Source of the DNA: the human T2T-CHM13v2.0 reference genome, Homo sapiens
Reading direction: 5' to 3'
DNA length: 64,000 nt
Assembly (NCBI GenBank): GCA_009914755.4
Contig: CP068257.2
Coordinates: 20,480,001-20,544,000 of the forward strand
In this document: piece by piece, positions 26,696 through 40,892 of the stretch
Layout of the letters: every line of letters starts with the position of its first letter
Position numbering within the stretch: the first letter of the stretch is position 1
The notes under the pieces: generated by a model
Told to the model about the DNA's origin: nothing
The model's database searches: none
What the model saw: only the letters and a program-made list of their open reading frames with translations
Position numbers and translations under genes: made by a program

Positions 26696-26707
26696 GGGGG
26701 GGGGGGG
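26696..26707. repeat. Poly-G homopolymer of 12 nt
   Basis: cacatgggggggggggggttaatcc. Confidence 0.9.
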
Positions 26708-28734
26708 TTAATCCAGCTGGTATGTATAAGAAGTTTATAAAAATTGAATTAATAATTGTGTAGTTTTGAACACTGTGATAATATAATTTGTACATATATA
26801 AGAGAAAATCCGATGAGAATAGAGCCATGACAAGGCTGAATATGTAGCAAACAAGGTGTCTATGATAACAAACTCTACATGTATTAAAATAAAATGATTT
26901 CAAACAAAATGAACAGATACAGCCCTGGAAACTTCCCTGAGGGGAGTACTGGCGGGAATCTAGAGGAATCTGAATGAGAACAAAACAGAGAATGATTTAT
27001 TATTATTATTTTATCTATTTGAATGACTTTGTAGAACCACATATTTGTGTCTGATAACACCAGAGAAACTGAAAAGTTTCTTCCAAGTTTTCCAGTAATG
27101 ACCATGAACTTAATAAACTATGTAGTGACATACATTTGTATTTTGAACGATTTCTTACTAGTTAATACCATTTCTTGCAGAATGTTGTGTAATGGTTTAG
27201 AGAGAAACAGCCTTTTTGTGGCTTCTGCTAGTTGAGCTGGGATTCAAGTGTTCAAGTCATCCAACCTCATTTTCTCTTTCCATGTTATTGCCTATGAAAG
27301 ATATGTTATTGTTTCTTCTGATGCCCAAATAGCAGATCTATGCATACAGTGCAGTGTTAACTGATTTAGGTAGCTTTCCATCTCAGCATATAAGTATCAC
27401 TTCAGGGAGTAGGAGAATATGGAGTTCTTTTTGATGGTACATGTGTGTTAAATTGATATTGTTCTGGTAATGGCACACTATAGCCATGAACTCTGTCCAT
27501 ATTACCCTCTTCCATCAAGAATGGATGACACTATTCACAGATAAAAGGGAAAGGATCAAAATCATGATATATTTGGACCCAGTAGTCTCTTGAAAAAGGC
27601 AGGGTAGAGGTCAGAACACTTATTTCAATTGAACAAAGTCTACATTTTCGGAATGCTGCTATAAACCAGATGTCATATCAGTAACTGTCTTGAAAGAAGT
27701 GTGGAAATGTATAACAGCTATGAAAAGAGATATTCGTATTAAAGGAAATATTTAGAAACATACGCCTGAGATACTATTGTCTTTAGTCTTAAAAAATTGC
27801 TTAAGTAAAATTAAAGTAACTAACTACCTAAGTGAGCACAATTTTGAAAGAGAGGGATCTCTATTGTTATGTAATAAATTAAGGGAAAGCACCAAATGGG
27901 AACTAGAAGGTAGAAAATGTTATCAATATATTTGAATATTGTAAGTAGAAATAAAAATCAATTAGTCATATTTTAACAAACCAATTAAAGTAAGCCTTAA
28001 AGAAAAAAAAGCATGTGTTTAAATTTTTAAAGGCAAGTTTCTGACAAAACTCCCTATATAGAAGGTTATAATTTTTTTTTAAAAGTCACAATGTAAAACT
28101 ACATTGACAGCCAAAACACATATATTTTAACATGTAAATAAATCTATTACCCATTTCAACAGTGATATACCAAAGAAAGAACTCATTAGCCATTTTTCAT
28201 AGACTAGTCAAACATGTTAAAATGCTATCATTCCGTATTTGCAAGTTGGCCTGTAGAAATATACTGAAGATTTTTTTAAAAGAAGATTGAATTTAATTCA
28301 AATAACTCATTTTAATTTAAATGAAACTAATATAAATCAATCATCATAAAACAGATTGAAATTTCACTGTTAACCATGCTCATAATTCAACTTACATTTA
28401 ATTTAGAAGAAATAATAGTCAAATTTGTGGTTATTTAAAAAAATCTAGAGTTTAATATAGCGTAGAATGCATAAAAATTTTTTTCTTTCACGCTCATTAT
28501 ATGACTAAACAAAATTTATACAGAACATTTCTTTAGTTCTTTATTTTCTTTTCGTGCAATTTTCATATTTGTTTCATTGATTTGTACTGCATTTACCAAA
28601 GGATAAGTTTTTTTAGAAGTGCAAACCATTTACCATTAGTTTTGGTATCAAGAAAATTAAATCTCACCCCCTTCACTGTACTTGTATTCATTTACCCACA
28701 GTTGAAATTGAAGTAAAAAATTACAATGTTGCAA

Positions 28735-28890
28735 GCCAGGCATGGCGGTGCATGCCTGTAGATCCAGCTACTCTGGAGTCTGAGGCAGGAGACTTAAGTT
28801 GAGGAGTTTGGAGCTGTAGCTCCTATGATTGTGCCTGTAAAAAGCCACTCCACTCCAACCTGGACAATATCGCAAGAATCTGTGTCAAAA
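28735..28890 (+). mobile_element. Alu right-monomer-like fragment (FRAM or truncated Alu)
   Basis: ccaggcatggcggtgcatgcctgtagatccagctactctggagtctgaggcaggagacttaagttgaggagtttggagctgtagc...ccactccaacctggacaatatcgcaagaatctgtgtcaaaa. Confidence 0.65.
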
Positions 28891-29974
28891 TATCACAGAT
28901 ACAATTCCTTAAAAATAATTTACTATGTCATGATTTCTCCACATTTTACATAAGACTTAGAGCTACCTTAAGTTAAAGGTAGCAAACAGTTATATCATAA
29001 CTCATTTTCATGAAGCTTTAGGACTTCATCCTTTTATCACTGCAATAATTTTAAGTTATAAGTCATTTTTTGAATAATATAGTATATTTGCTTATTGATT
29101 TTTAAAATGCACGCTACTTGTAGATTTCTTCTTGCATTAGAAATGAACGATCTGGTGACCACTGGATGTGGTAAATGAGGAAAACTTCAAAAGTAACTAA
29201 TAAGTAATAGATTAACATAATAATAATAAAACCTTCCCCATTTCCAAATTCCAGTGGAAATACTTACAAACACAGACCAAACATAAATGTTTAACTATGT
29301 CTATGCATGTGTAAATTTGGATAAACACTAGTAAAAATATTGATAAAAGATCATATATTCAGAAATTGGAGGTGTTTCTACATCTTGATTAAACTAACAG
29401 GGGATACTGTTGACTCTTTCAAAAATAACAGTTTTAAAATAAGGAGCCTACATTTCCAGTTTAAGACAATGAACTGATCAAATGGTTCAAAACATCAGTA
29501 ACAATTATTGCATACAAAAAGGAATATTTTGAAAACGTATGGAATAGAGGTGACAGCAATTGTCCGGAGTTCCATAAATTTCTGGAAAACAGGAGAAATT
29601 TGGCGTCCCATGATCAATAAACTCATGCTGAGTGGGCCCCATTTTAGAACATGTAAAGGAGAAGAATCTGTGTTGGAACTGGATAATAAGGGTTGTAGAA
29701 ATCAAGATAATTGACTTATGGACTGTTACAAAATTTGAGGTACCCTAGGTTTAGATTGGAAAATTATTTTATAAGAACTATTAAGATATCTAACTTGGAT
29801 TGGTATATTTCTGCTGGAAAGTCAATACCCATGCTGTATTCTCCTTATTATGACACGTGTTTGTTTGTGACCCAATTTACATCTTTAAAATAATCATTAT
29901 AACATGTTTAGGCACATGTACCTGCTGAAAATGAACCATATGAAGGAGGAAGAATTAGCAGAGGAATGGAGTGA

Positions 29975-30190
29975 TAGCCAGTACTGTCAGCCTTCAGTAT
30001 CCATGGGGGATTGGTTCCAGGAACCTACAGATACCAAAATCCATGGATGCTCAAATCTCTTATATAAAATATTGTAGTAGTTACATTTAACCTATGCACA
30101 TCATCCTGTATACTTTAAATCATCTCTAGATTACTCATAACCAATACAATATAAGTGCCATGTAAACACTTATTATACTGTATTTTGTAT
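29975..30190. mobile_element. Probable TcMar/pogo (Tigger-type) DNA transposon terminal fragment
   Basis: cagtatccatgggggattggttccaggaacctacagataccaaaatccatggatgctcaaatctcttatataaaatattgtagtagttacatttaacctatgcacatcatcctgtatactttaaatcatctctagattactcataacc. From memory this matches a common human DNA-transposon consensus of the form ...gggattggttccaggacccccgcggataccaaaatccgcggatgctcaagtccc.... I am not sure of the exact family name. Confidence 0.45.
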
Positions 30191-33102
30191 TTTTTATTGT
30201 TATATTTTTATTTTTTTTCAAATATGATCTCTCCAGTGTTGGTGGAATCTGCAAATTCAGATGCCGTGAGTACAGAGAGTTGATTTTACTTCCATGAATC
30301 AATAGATTAATATTCATGTTCAAAACAAGTAGTCTTATAGATTTGAAGAGAATGCAAAGCAGAGCTGGAAAGTGAATGCCTCTTTGTTGTGAGTCATCAT
30401 TATTTGTCCAATATAGGTTAGTAATTTGAGTTTATTTTATAGTTTTTCTCTGCTATCCTCAGACATCAGACTCTTAATTCTTATCTCCTTTTAATTATTA
30501 CATGAGAAATATTTACAGCTTTGCTAAAGAGCTTGTGAATCATAGTGTTTGCTGAAAGCTCTAATTCAGGTTGACTACAGCGTTGACATTTTGCAAGTTA
30601 GAAATTTTCTAACTTACTTTAATTATTATAATTATTATTGTATCTTTCAAAATCAATAGATCATGCATAACTTAAAGTTACAAAAATATTAATGTAAAAC
30701 AATGTATAATTAATTTATCTATGAGATAATTTGGTGGGACTGATAAGATGTGAAAAAAACGGTGTGGGACACATTTCCTCAGTGTGTATGATGGGGTGCC
30801 AACATAAAAGACCTATTATTATTGAACTAAGATATAGATATTAAATATATTATTTGCAAGCACTAAAATTACCGCTAGAAGGTACAAACACCTTTGACAT
30901 CAGGGCTAAAATAGCTGAAGCTTACCTTTGAAAAATCAATAAATGCAATAAAAAGATATTTATCATTGTGATACTTAGAAGTATTCATCCAATGTGCTAA
31001 ACATATAAAAAGTCAAAAGTGTTCCTCCGTGTAAGGAAAAGGGTAAAGAATTAAACATTGAAAACAGGTTTTTTGGCCCTTGTTTAAAATAGTTTTTATA
31101 TTTTACTTTTATTATTTATAAAAATATAGGAAAAATCCAGATATTAAAAGGTACATAAAAGTCTGTCCAGGTCACTGTGTAGATAAAAGAAATGAGAAAT
31201 GTAAAGTTGATACTACTGAGAATGAGATAGAAATAGGAGAATTTTTAAAAACTCATACATACTGATTGTACATTTTGCTGAAGTATACGTGATATTTTGA
31301 TACATGTATACAATGGGTAATGATCAAATCAGAGTAATTGGGATATTCATTAACTCAAACATTTATCTTTTTATTCTATTAGGAATATTCCAAATCTCCT
31401 CTGGCAAAAAGAGTAGAAATATTAATTTTTGTTTATTACATATATTTTTTATACCTTCAAAAATATTTATTAAATAAAATTCCAAATATGGTATTAAATT
31501 AGATTTAAACATTCAAAATCACCAAAAAAATTTACAATTGTATAACTAAAGGTACAAATTAGTTCTATAAATACAAAAAGTATGGCAAACAATTTTGTAA
31601 TATTTCCACCCTGATCTAGAATTCCATACCTCCCACATCTCTCATTATCTTTTTTCTTAAGGTTGTTTTGGTTTTTCAAACAGCCCACATAACTTTTTCA
31701 GGATTATTTTTTTAATTGAATAAACATCTAAAGTGACAGGAACTTCCAAAAGTATAATGCTTTATCTAGAAAGGTAATTTCCATCTCTTTGAAAAATGTT
31801 CATGTGTTTAATTATGAAACTTGTAAAACATTCAGAAATATACTAAAAATAATGCAGCATCCAATCATGTAACAATTATGCGGATTTCAGGAAATGTTAA
31901 TATTAGATTATATTTTCTCTTTCCTATTAAGGTATATCTACTATCTTGTATTTCTTGAGTACTTATCCATATATAATTTTAAACTTTTATACAAATGTTT
32001 TCTCATATATAACATATAATACTATAATTTATAAAATCTATTTTGCTGTACATATCATTTTGAAACTTACTTTTTTTGTTGTTCATCATGGTTTTCAAAC
32101 ATTTACCTATTTTTACTTACTAAGAGCTAGCTCTCTCCTCTTGGTTAATTCTGTGTAACACATCATTCTATGAATATATCACAAGTTGTTTATCAATTAT
32201 TTTCCCAAAATAGCTTTAGATTGCTTCTCGTGTTTTGCTGTTTTCAAGCTTACATACTACTCTTACTCTATGCATCTCTTTGGGCCTGTAGTAGAAAATG
32301 AGAATTAAAATATTGTAACAAATACCAAGTTTCTTTTCTAAGTTGCTGCAATAATTTACACTTCCAGCATCCACAAGACTGCACACTTCCAACATGTATG
32401 CTACACGAAGGTAATATCAAATCAGTATGAAATGGAATTCCTTTGTTGTATTTTGCATTTTTCTAATTTGCAGTGATGTACAAATTTTTATATGTTATTA
32501 GCAACTTGGGTTTTGTCTTAGGAATTTCTAGTCCAAAATGTACTTGTTCAACTATGTTTTTTTTACTGAGTTCTTTGAATGTATATTTATAGGATACTTA
32601 ATATATTGATGACATCAATAGCTATTGAAATGTTTATGTTGAAAACATTGCCATTTCCAGTTTATCCTTTAATTAGTTCATAACTTCATTATAATATTCT
32701 TTTAATATTTTTATATAGCAAGGATTTTTCTTATATGATCACACTGCATTAGAAATACATCAATATCCTGGTATTAAAATACATTTCATCTCAAAATTTT
32801 TGCTTTTCATATTTAAGTCTTTAAACTATGTGGAATTGATGTCCAGTGTGAATTTTCACTACAATTTTATCATACATATTTGGTAGCTATCCTAGCATTA
32901 TCCTTTCTACCTTTGTTTTCCTAGCTGTTGTGTAGTGCAAAGTGTATTATCTAAAAATTATGCACATGTGTGCTCATATGTCTAGGTTTTTTATTCTGAC
33001 TGACCTTTTTGTCTATCAAAAAAATTTTCATCAATTATAATTATATGGGTGTTGTGAGATTAGTGCACAGTACCTATAAACTTGTTTAACACTGGAGTTT
33101 TT

Positions 33103-33230
33103 TGTGGGTATGTGCATGTATGTGTGTGTGTATACATGTGTATGTAATGTTTATCTATGTGTGTGTATATACATATACATACTATATGTGTATATGTATA
33201 TACTATATGTATATATAGTCTTTGTCCATT
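33103..33230. repeat. (TG)n/(TA)n compound microsatellite
   Basis: gtatgtgcatgtatgtgtgtgtgtatacatgtgtatgtaatgtttatctatgtgtgtgtatatacatatacatactatatgtgtatatgtatatactatatgtatatatag. Confidence 0.9.
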
Positions 33231-33237
33231 TTGTGCT

Positions 33238-33560
33238 GCTGTAATAGAATAACCTAAGACTGGGTTATTTATAAGGAAAGAAATTTATTTGGCCCACTAT
33301 TTTGGTGGCTGAAAAGTTTAAGATTGGGCAGCAGCATCTGGTGAGGGCCTCATGCTGCCTCCACACACGGAGGGAACCCGAAAGGAAGTGGGTTTGTGCA
33401 AAGAGGTCGCATAGTAATGGAGGAAGCAAGAGAGAGAAACCAAGAAAGACAGACTTTTGTTTTTTGAACAACCAGCTCTCTCAAAAGCTAATCCACTCCC
33501 ATGTAAGTGAGAAATCAATCCTCTTAAAGTGTTTCTCTAGTAATTCTGTTATCATGTATT
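33238..33560 (-). mobile_element. ERVL-MaLR LTR fragment (MST/THE1-type), minus orientation
   Basis: ttgtgctgctgtaatagaataacctaagactgggttatttataaggaaagaaatttatttgg...catctggtgagggcctcatgctgc...caagagagagaaaccaagaaagacagacttttgttttttgaacaaccagctctc. This is the reverse complement of the MST/THE1 LTR 3' half. Confidence 0.65.
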
Positions 33561-33985
33561 ATCATTTTATGATAGTTTTGAGATTCTTACCATTAGTATT
33601 TATTAATAATAACTGATATTTTTTACATTCATGTTCAAAATTTGTCTTGAATACCTTGTGTCATTGTGTGCTTTGTCTACGTTTTAAAATTTAAATATTG
33701 AGTTACTTTATGTTGAGTTACATTATGACTCAACTCAGAGAACTAGCATTTAGTGTTGTAGATCTTTTCTTGATTTTTATTTTATTAATTTTTCATTACA
33801 TTCTTTGTTTTCATACTTTTGTATTTTTGATTTGGCTAAAACATTTTTTCCTGCTTTCTGAAATAGTTACTTAACTTATTGATACTAAGTTGTTTAAAAC
33901 ATTTGCATTTACAGAAAAAATACTTACTTATTGCTACAGATTTATCCCTTAAGAATAGTATATTTTTTAATTTTTAAAATTTTCA

Positions 33986-34300
<315 letters not shown>

Positions 34301-34582
34301 TTAATGATTTTAATTTTAAATAAAACAATTTAAATAAAACATTAAACTTTTGAATTTTAGAATTTGAAATCATAAGTTTTTATTGACAACAAAGTATGCA
34401 GATAATTATACAGCTTATTTTGTTACTTTGAGCCTTCTTTTGAGACTTTGTATGTGAGCAAATTGAAGCAGACTCTGTATGCTTATAGAAAATTGATATA
34501 CTTCCATTAGTGAATGATTTGATTTATATTTATAATTTGTTAATATTTTACAAATTGTCTATATCCTTATTGCTTTGTGCTT

Positions 34583-36899
34583 TGATGTGGTTTGGATATG
34601 TGTCCCTAACCAAATCTCATGTTGAATTTTAATCTCTAAAGTTGGAGGTGGGGGCCTGGTGAAAGCTGATTGGATCATGGGGATGGATTTCCCCTTTTGG
34701 TGCTTTTCTGGAGACAGATTTCTCACAAGATCTGGTTGTTTAAAAGTATGTGGCACCTCCACCTTCTCTCTCTTTCTCCTGCCCCCAGGCATGTGAAGTG
34801 CCAGCTCCCCACTTCACCCTCCACCACGATTGTAAATATTCTGAGACCTCCCCAGAAGCTGAGCAGATGCCAGCATCATGCTTCCTGTGCATTCTGTGGA
34901 ATCATGAGCCAATTAAACCCTGTTTCTTTATAAATGGCCCAGTCTAAGGTATTTCTTTTTAGCAATGCAAAATTGAACTAATAGAGAAAATTGGTACCGA
35001 GCAGTGGGGCATTGCTATAAAGATGCGTGAAAATGTGGAAGTAGCTTTGGAACTGGGTAACAGGAGGAGGTTGGAACAATGTGGAGCGCTCAGAAAAAAG
35101 ACAAGAAGATGAGGGAAAGTATGGAACTTCCTAAAGACTTGTTAATTGCTGTGACTGAAATGCTAATAGTGATATGGACAGTGAAAGCCAGGCTGAGGAG
35201 GTCTCAGGTGAAAATGTGAAACTTATTGGGAACTGGAGTAAAGGTCACTTTTGCTATGCATTAGCAAAGAGGTTGGAGGCATTTTACCCCTGCCCTTGGA
35301 ATTTGTGGAAGTTTGAACTTAAGAGTGATGATTTAAGGTCTCTGACAGAATAAATTTCTAAGCAGCAAGGAGTTCAAGATGTGTCCTGGCTGCTTCTAAC
35401 TGACTATGTTCCTATGAGTGAGCAAAGAAATGAATTGAAACTAGTACGTATTTTTAAAAGTGAAGCAGAGCCTAAAAGTTTGGAACATTTGCAACCGGGC
35501 CATATGTTAGAAAAGGAAACTCCACTTTCTGGGGAATAATTCAAACAGGCTTCAGAAATTTGCATAGCTAAAAAGAAGGCAAGTGCTGATAGCCAAGACA
35601 ACGGGGAAAAATCCTCAAAGGCATCTCAGAGACCTTTGTCGCAGATCTTCCCATCACAGGCCTAGAGGACTATGAAGGAAAAATGGTTTCCTGTGCCAGA
35701 GCCAGGCCCAGGGCTCTGCTGCCCTGTACAGCACTAGGACACCTTTCCCTGCATCCTAGCCACTCCAACTCGAAGACACCAACTGTCTCTAAAAGGAACC
35801 CAGATACAGCTTGGGCTGCTGCTTCAAAGGATGAAAGCTGTAAGCCTTGGTGGCTTTGACATAATTTTAAGCCTGTGTGGTGCATGCAGTGCAAGAGTTG
35901 AGGTTTGGAAACCTCTTGCTAGATTTCAAAGGATGTATGGAAAGCCTGAATGTCCAGGCAGAAGCCTGCTGCATGGGTGGAGTCCTCATGGAAAACTTTT
36001 ATTAGGGCAGCACAGAGAAGGAATGTGAGGTTGAAGCCCCCCCACACACAGTATACCCATTGGAACACTGCCTACTGGAGCTGCAAGAAGAGGGTCACCA
36101 TTGTCAAGACCCTCTGAATAGGAGATCCACCAATAGCTTGTACCATGTGCCTAGAAAAGCCACAGACACTCAATGCTAGCCCATGAGAGCAACCATGGGA
36201 CCTGAACCCTGCAAAGCCACAGGACAGAGCTGTCCAAGGCCTTGGGAACCCACCCCTTGCACCAATATATCCCGCATGTGAGACATGGAGTCAAAGAAGA
36301 TTATTTCGGAGCTTGAAGATTTAATGACTACCTGCAGTCAGTTTCACACTTGCACAGGCCCTGTAGCCCCTTTATTTGGCTGATTTCTCCCTTTTGGAAA
36401 GAGAGTATTTACCTAATTCCTAAACCTGCATTGTATCGTGGGAGTAACTAACTTTTTTTTTTATTTTACAGGCTCATAGGTGGAAGGACCTTGCTTTGTC
36501 TCAGATGAGACTTGGGACTCTGGACATCTGAGTTAATGCTGGATTAAGACTTTGGGGAACTGGTGGGAAGGCAAGGTTGTATTTTGAAATATGAGAAGGG
36601 CATGAGATTCAGGAGGGACCAGGGGAAGAATAATATGGTTTGGATTTGTGTCCCCACCCAAATCTCATGTTGAATTGTAATCTCTAATGTTGGAGGTGGG
36701 GCCTGGTAGGAGGGCACTGGATCATGGGGGTGAATTTCCCCCTTTGGTGCTATTATTATGATAAAGTTCTAACAAGATTTGGCTGTTTGAAAAAGTGTAT
36801 GGTACCTCCCTGGAACCATAAGCCAATTAAACTTCTTTTCTTTATAAATTACCCAGTCTCTGGTAGTTCTTCATAGCAATGCAAGAATGGACAAATACA
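34583..36899 (+). mobile_element. Complete ERVL-MaLR element (THE1/MST family): 5' LTR about 34583-34986, non-coding internal region about 34987-36632, 3' LTR about 36633-36899 with an internal deletion
   Basis: The 5' LTR reads tgatgtggtttggatatgtgtccctaaccaaatctcatgttgaatt...gagccaattaaaccctgtttctttataaatggcccagtctaaggtatttctttttagcaatgcaaaattgaactaatagag. The internal region reads ...ttggtaccgagcagtggggcattgctataaagatgcgtgaaaatgtggaagtagctttggaactgggtaacagg.... The 3' LTR reads taatatggtttggatttgtgtccccacccaaatctcatgttgaattgtaatctc...gcaatgcaagaatggacaaataca. A perfect 5-bp target-site duplication, tgctt, lies at 34578-34582 and 36900-36904. Confidence 0.9.
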
Positions 36900-37129
36900 T
36901 GCTTACTTAGTCTATCACTTTTAGTGAGAATTAGGCTAACCTATCTCACCACAATTTAGGATATATCAGTATGCCTTTAAATAGTTGTCCATTTATTTTC
37001 TTTATATATTTTGGGGCAATATTGTTTAATGAATAATGTACCAAGAGTCCAACCCTGTCCTTGCATAGTTCTCATTTTTTCTTTAATTGATGATCTACTA
37101 GCAGTTATAATGTTTTCATTTTTGGTAAT

Positions 37130-37800
37130 GTTGGGAGGAATATTGACTTAAAAAATACAATCTATTGTATATCTGTTATAAATGAAAATACAGCCTATCA
37201 ATATTTCTGGGATGCAGCTAAAGCTGTGCTTAAAGAAAAATCTATAGTCCTATAGGTTTCTGTTACACAAAATTAAAATCTAAAAACAGTAACCTCAGTA
37301 CCTAAGAATTAGAAAAAAGAAGAGTGAATTAAATACAAAATAAGCAGAGGAAGAATAGAAAAGAGTAGAAACCAATAAAATAGAGATAGGGTGGACAATT
37401 TAGAAAGTCAATGAAATTAATCTATGCCTATTTTAATACAGGAATAAAAGATTAATTAACTGATCAATACAAAAAGAGAAACTATGAATTACAGAATCAA
37501 TAATAAGAGAGAACCCATGGTTGTATGCTAAGTGTAATGATGTTAAAATGTTAATAAATACTTTAAAACTTTCTTGATACTTTTATGAATGTTTAAGAGC
37601 TTTATACTTCATACTTTAAATAATTAAAAATATGTATAAAATGGACAAGTTACTGGTACTTAAAAATTTGAAAATGTCTGTTGGTGGGTGTGGGGCTAGG
37701 GGAGGGAGAGCATTAGGAGAAATATCTAATTCTGCACATGTACCCCAGAACTTAAAGTATAATTTAAAGAAATTAGAAAATGTATAGGATCCTATATATA
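37130..37800 (+). mobile_element. Old LINE-1 (L1M-like) fragments: an ORF2 N-terminal piece and a 3'UTR piece with an internal deletion
   Basis: ttctgggatgcagctaaagctgtgcttaaagaaaaatctatag...aaaatagagatagggtggacaatttagaaagtcaatgaaattaatctatgcc corresponds to L1 ORF2 ...QNLWDAAKAVLRGKF.... gtctgttggtgggtgtggggctaggggagggagagcattaggagaaatatctaattctgcacatgtaccccagaacttaaagtataat matches the L1 3'UTR end. Confidence 0.6.
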
Positions 37801-38221
37801 ATATACAGATTGAATAAAAAAATACACATTGTTTTCACAAACTACTCAAAATTCAAATGACTTCATTGGTAAACTTTACTAAATATTTAGGAAAAATAAT
37901 ACCAATGGCAGAAAAGATTTATCTATCAGAAAATAAGAGAAGGAAATACATCCTGATTTGTTGTTTAATGTTTTTACTTTGCAATAGTTTTTCTCATAAA
38001 AACTTGCAACAATAGTACAAAGATTTTTCATGTATTCTTCATCTAGCTCCTCCAATGATCATGTCTTACAGGACAACAGTACATTGTCAAAAACAAAAAA
38101 TTGACATTGACATGTAATTAAACTCAGATAAACATGGTTGGATATTTGGATTTCACCAATTTTTACATGCATTCCTTTTTAAAAATTATTATTGTTGTTG
38201 TTATCATTATTATTTTAAATT

Positions 38222-38510
38222 GAGACAAAGTCTTGTTCTGTTTTCCAGGCTGCAGTGCAGTGGTGCAATCATGGCTCACTGCAGCCTCCAACTCCTGGGC
38301 TCAAGTGGTCCTCTACCTCAGCTTTCTGAGTAGCTGGGACTACAGGTATGCACCACCAAGGCCAGCTAATTTTTTTAAAAAATTTATTTTATAGAGATGT
38401 GGTCTCCCTATGTTGACTAGGCTGGTTATAAACTCCTGCCTCAAGCAATCCTCCCACCTCTGTCTCCGAAAGTGTTAGGATTACAGGCATGAGTTTCCAT
38501 GCCTGACTAA
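38222..38510 (-). mobile_element. Alu (older AluJ-like), minus orientation
   Basis: gagacaaagtcttgttctgttttccaggctgcagtgcagtggtgcaatcatggctcactgcagcctccaactcctgggctcaagtg...cctcccacctctgtctccgaaagtgttaggattacaggcatgagtttccatgcctgac. Confidence 0.85.
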
Positions 38511-40892
38511 AAACTATGTTTGAGTAGTATTTTATAAATTTTTTACATGTAGAATTTCATCAGCACATTCATGATACAAAGTTGTTCCATAACTACAGAG
38601 AAATTTCCTCATGTTGCACCTTAATAGTCATATGCTTACCTCAAACCTAACCTTTGACAACTACTGAACTGTTCATGACTATCATTTTGTTAGAGAAAAT
38701 TAATAAATAGTATCACATATAATCTAGCCTTTGGCAATGGGCTTTTTTCTCAGCATAATGTCCGTAAGCTATTCGTGTTATTTACATTAATGTTGGTTTT
38801 AACAGTAAGTTATAATTCAAAAATTTAAGACAAGCATATCTTTATCCACATATTTATCTATTCCTTACTCTTTTATCTTTTCTGCTATTTCAGACTCATT
38901 TTGTTATCATTTTCTTTTAGTTTGTCAAATGTTTTTTGAGGCAGACAATGCTGTCAAAGTATTGTAGTTTTCTCTTTTTTCTAAGAATGTCTTTGTTTCA
39001 CCTCCATTACTCAAGAATACTTTTACTCGGTATAGAAATATAGTTTATTGGTAATTTTCTTTCAGCACTTGAAAGCAATTGTGCTGCTTCCTTCTGACAT
39101 CCATATCAAAATTCAATACCATTTGAATTGTTCTCCTATAGATAATGCATTGTGTCTCTCCAAATGCTTTCACCATTTTTTTCTGTCTTTAGTTTCCACA
39201 GTTTTGACTATGATATCCTTGGGCATAGATTTATTTGTCTTTACACAAATAAAACTATTGTCAGTAACCTTCCTGGATCTGTAAGCTTATGTTTTTCCCA
39301 AAGTTTGAGAGGTGTTCAACCATTATTTCTTTAAACAGTTTTCCAGGCCACATTTCCTTCTTTTCTTTTGCAGTTTCTGATGTTTTGTTACTATCTCAGA
39401 TGTCCTGTTGTTCTGTTCATCCTTTTCTTACTTTTTTATTTTTCTCTCTTGTTCATCCTGAATGATTTCTATTAATATAAATTCAAATTCACTCTTTTTT
39501 TCTCCTATTAATTTTATCCTGCTATTGAGCCACTTAGTAAGATTTATATTTTGGTTATTATATTTTTCAGTTCTAAAATTTGTATGATTTTGTCTTACAT
39601 CTTATATCTCTTTGCTGAGACATTCTATTTTTCCATTTATTCAAGAATGTTTTACAATATTTGTCCAACAATTCCAATATTTGTGACTTCTTCACATTGA
39701 TATTTGTTGATTATCTTTTGTCATTTAAGCTGAGATTTCCACGGTGTTTGATATGGTGAGTAATTTTGACGCTATCCTAGACATTTTATATATTATAAGA
39801 ATCTATTTATATCTTCTAATTTAGAAAATAGTCATTATACTTAGGATGAATGCATATCCTGGCCTACTTTTTTTGGTGATGGTTTAAGTAAGATTTTAAT
39901 TTGAACAGCCTTTGGAATGATACTCTGTTCTGCCACAATTGTACATTAAGCACTTGACAAACTCCAGCTCAGTCTCTATAGAGCCTGCTGAGGAGGGAGT
40001 GGGACACAGCCTTGTTACTAAAGGATTCTGAAGGGAGTGTTTTACCTATAGACCCTGTTTGAAAGAGTTGCCTTCTCATTACTATAGTGTAGAATAGAAC
40101 ACCGGGCTTTGTGCATAGACTTGGCATCACTGGTTCACCATCTCATTACTGCAGTGTGTGGGGAGCAGTCAAGTTTCAGCCCATAGACTTGTCTGGGAAG
40201 CAGCACAGCCTCATCGTTGTAGTCCATTTGTTTTGCTACAAAATACCCCTGGAATGCAGAGAGCAGAGGATTGAAGCATAGCTGAGCCGCAAGCCCCAAA
40301 ATCCTATGGTTACTTGGACTTCTCTTTTGAAACCATTCTGCCTTTGAAACTCTGGCACTCTGGGGCTGCAATGGGCATAGCAGCCTCAATGGTCTCAGAA
40401 ATGCCGTCAGGGCCATTCTCTCATTATCTTGATGAGTAGCATCTGGCTTCCTTCTAATAAGACTAGTCTCCTTATGAAATGGTCACTTGGCTAAGCTCTG
40501 AATTTTCTTTCCTAAACATGCTTTTTTATTCTTTGTATGACTAGGCTGAGAATATTTACATTATGCTTCCCTTTTAATTATGAGTTCTATCTTTATATAG
40601 TTTCTCTCATCTAACATTCTACTATTGGTCAAGTTTAATCAATGGAAGTCACTCAGCACCATGAGCACTCTGCTTAGATATTTCTTTTGCCAGATATCCT
40701 AGTTCATTAACAGCAAGTTCTCCCTCAAAAAAGCATTAGAACATGAACACAATTCGACCAAGTTTATTGACATTGAACAAGGTTTAACTTTCCTTCAGTT
40801 TCTTATACCTTGTTCCTCACTTCCATCTAAGACTTAATCAGAATGGCCTTTAGTTTTCAAATTTCTACCAACATTGTGTTCATGATCACTTA

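Noticed and set aside
31250-31400. Possible additional old L1 fragments (also about 57480-57720), based on the motif acatgtgatgttttgatacaagcattcaatgtgtaatgatcaaattagagtaat
   Set aside because: The two loci resemble each other, with the same kind of motif, but I cannot confidently place them on an L1 or other consensus from memory. I left them unannotated.
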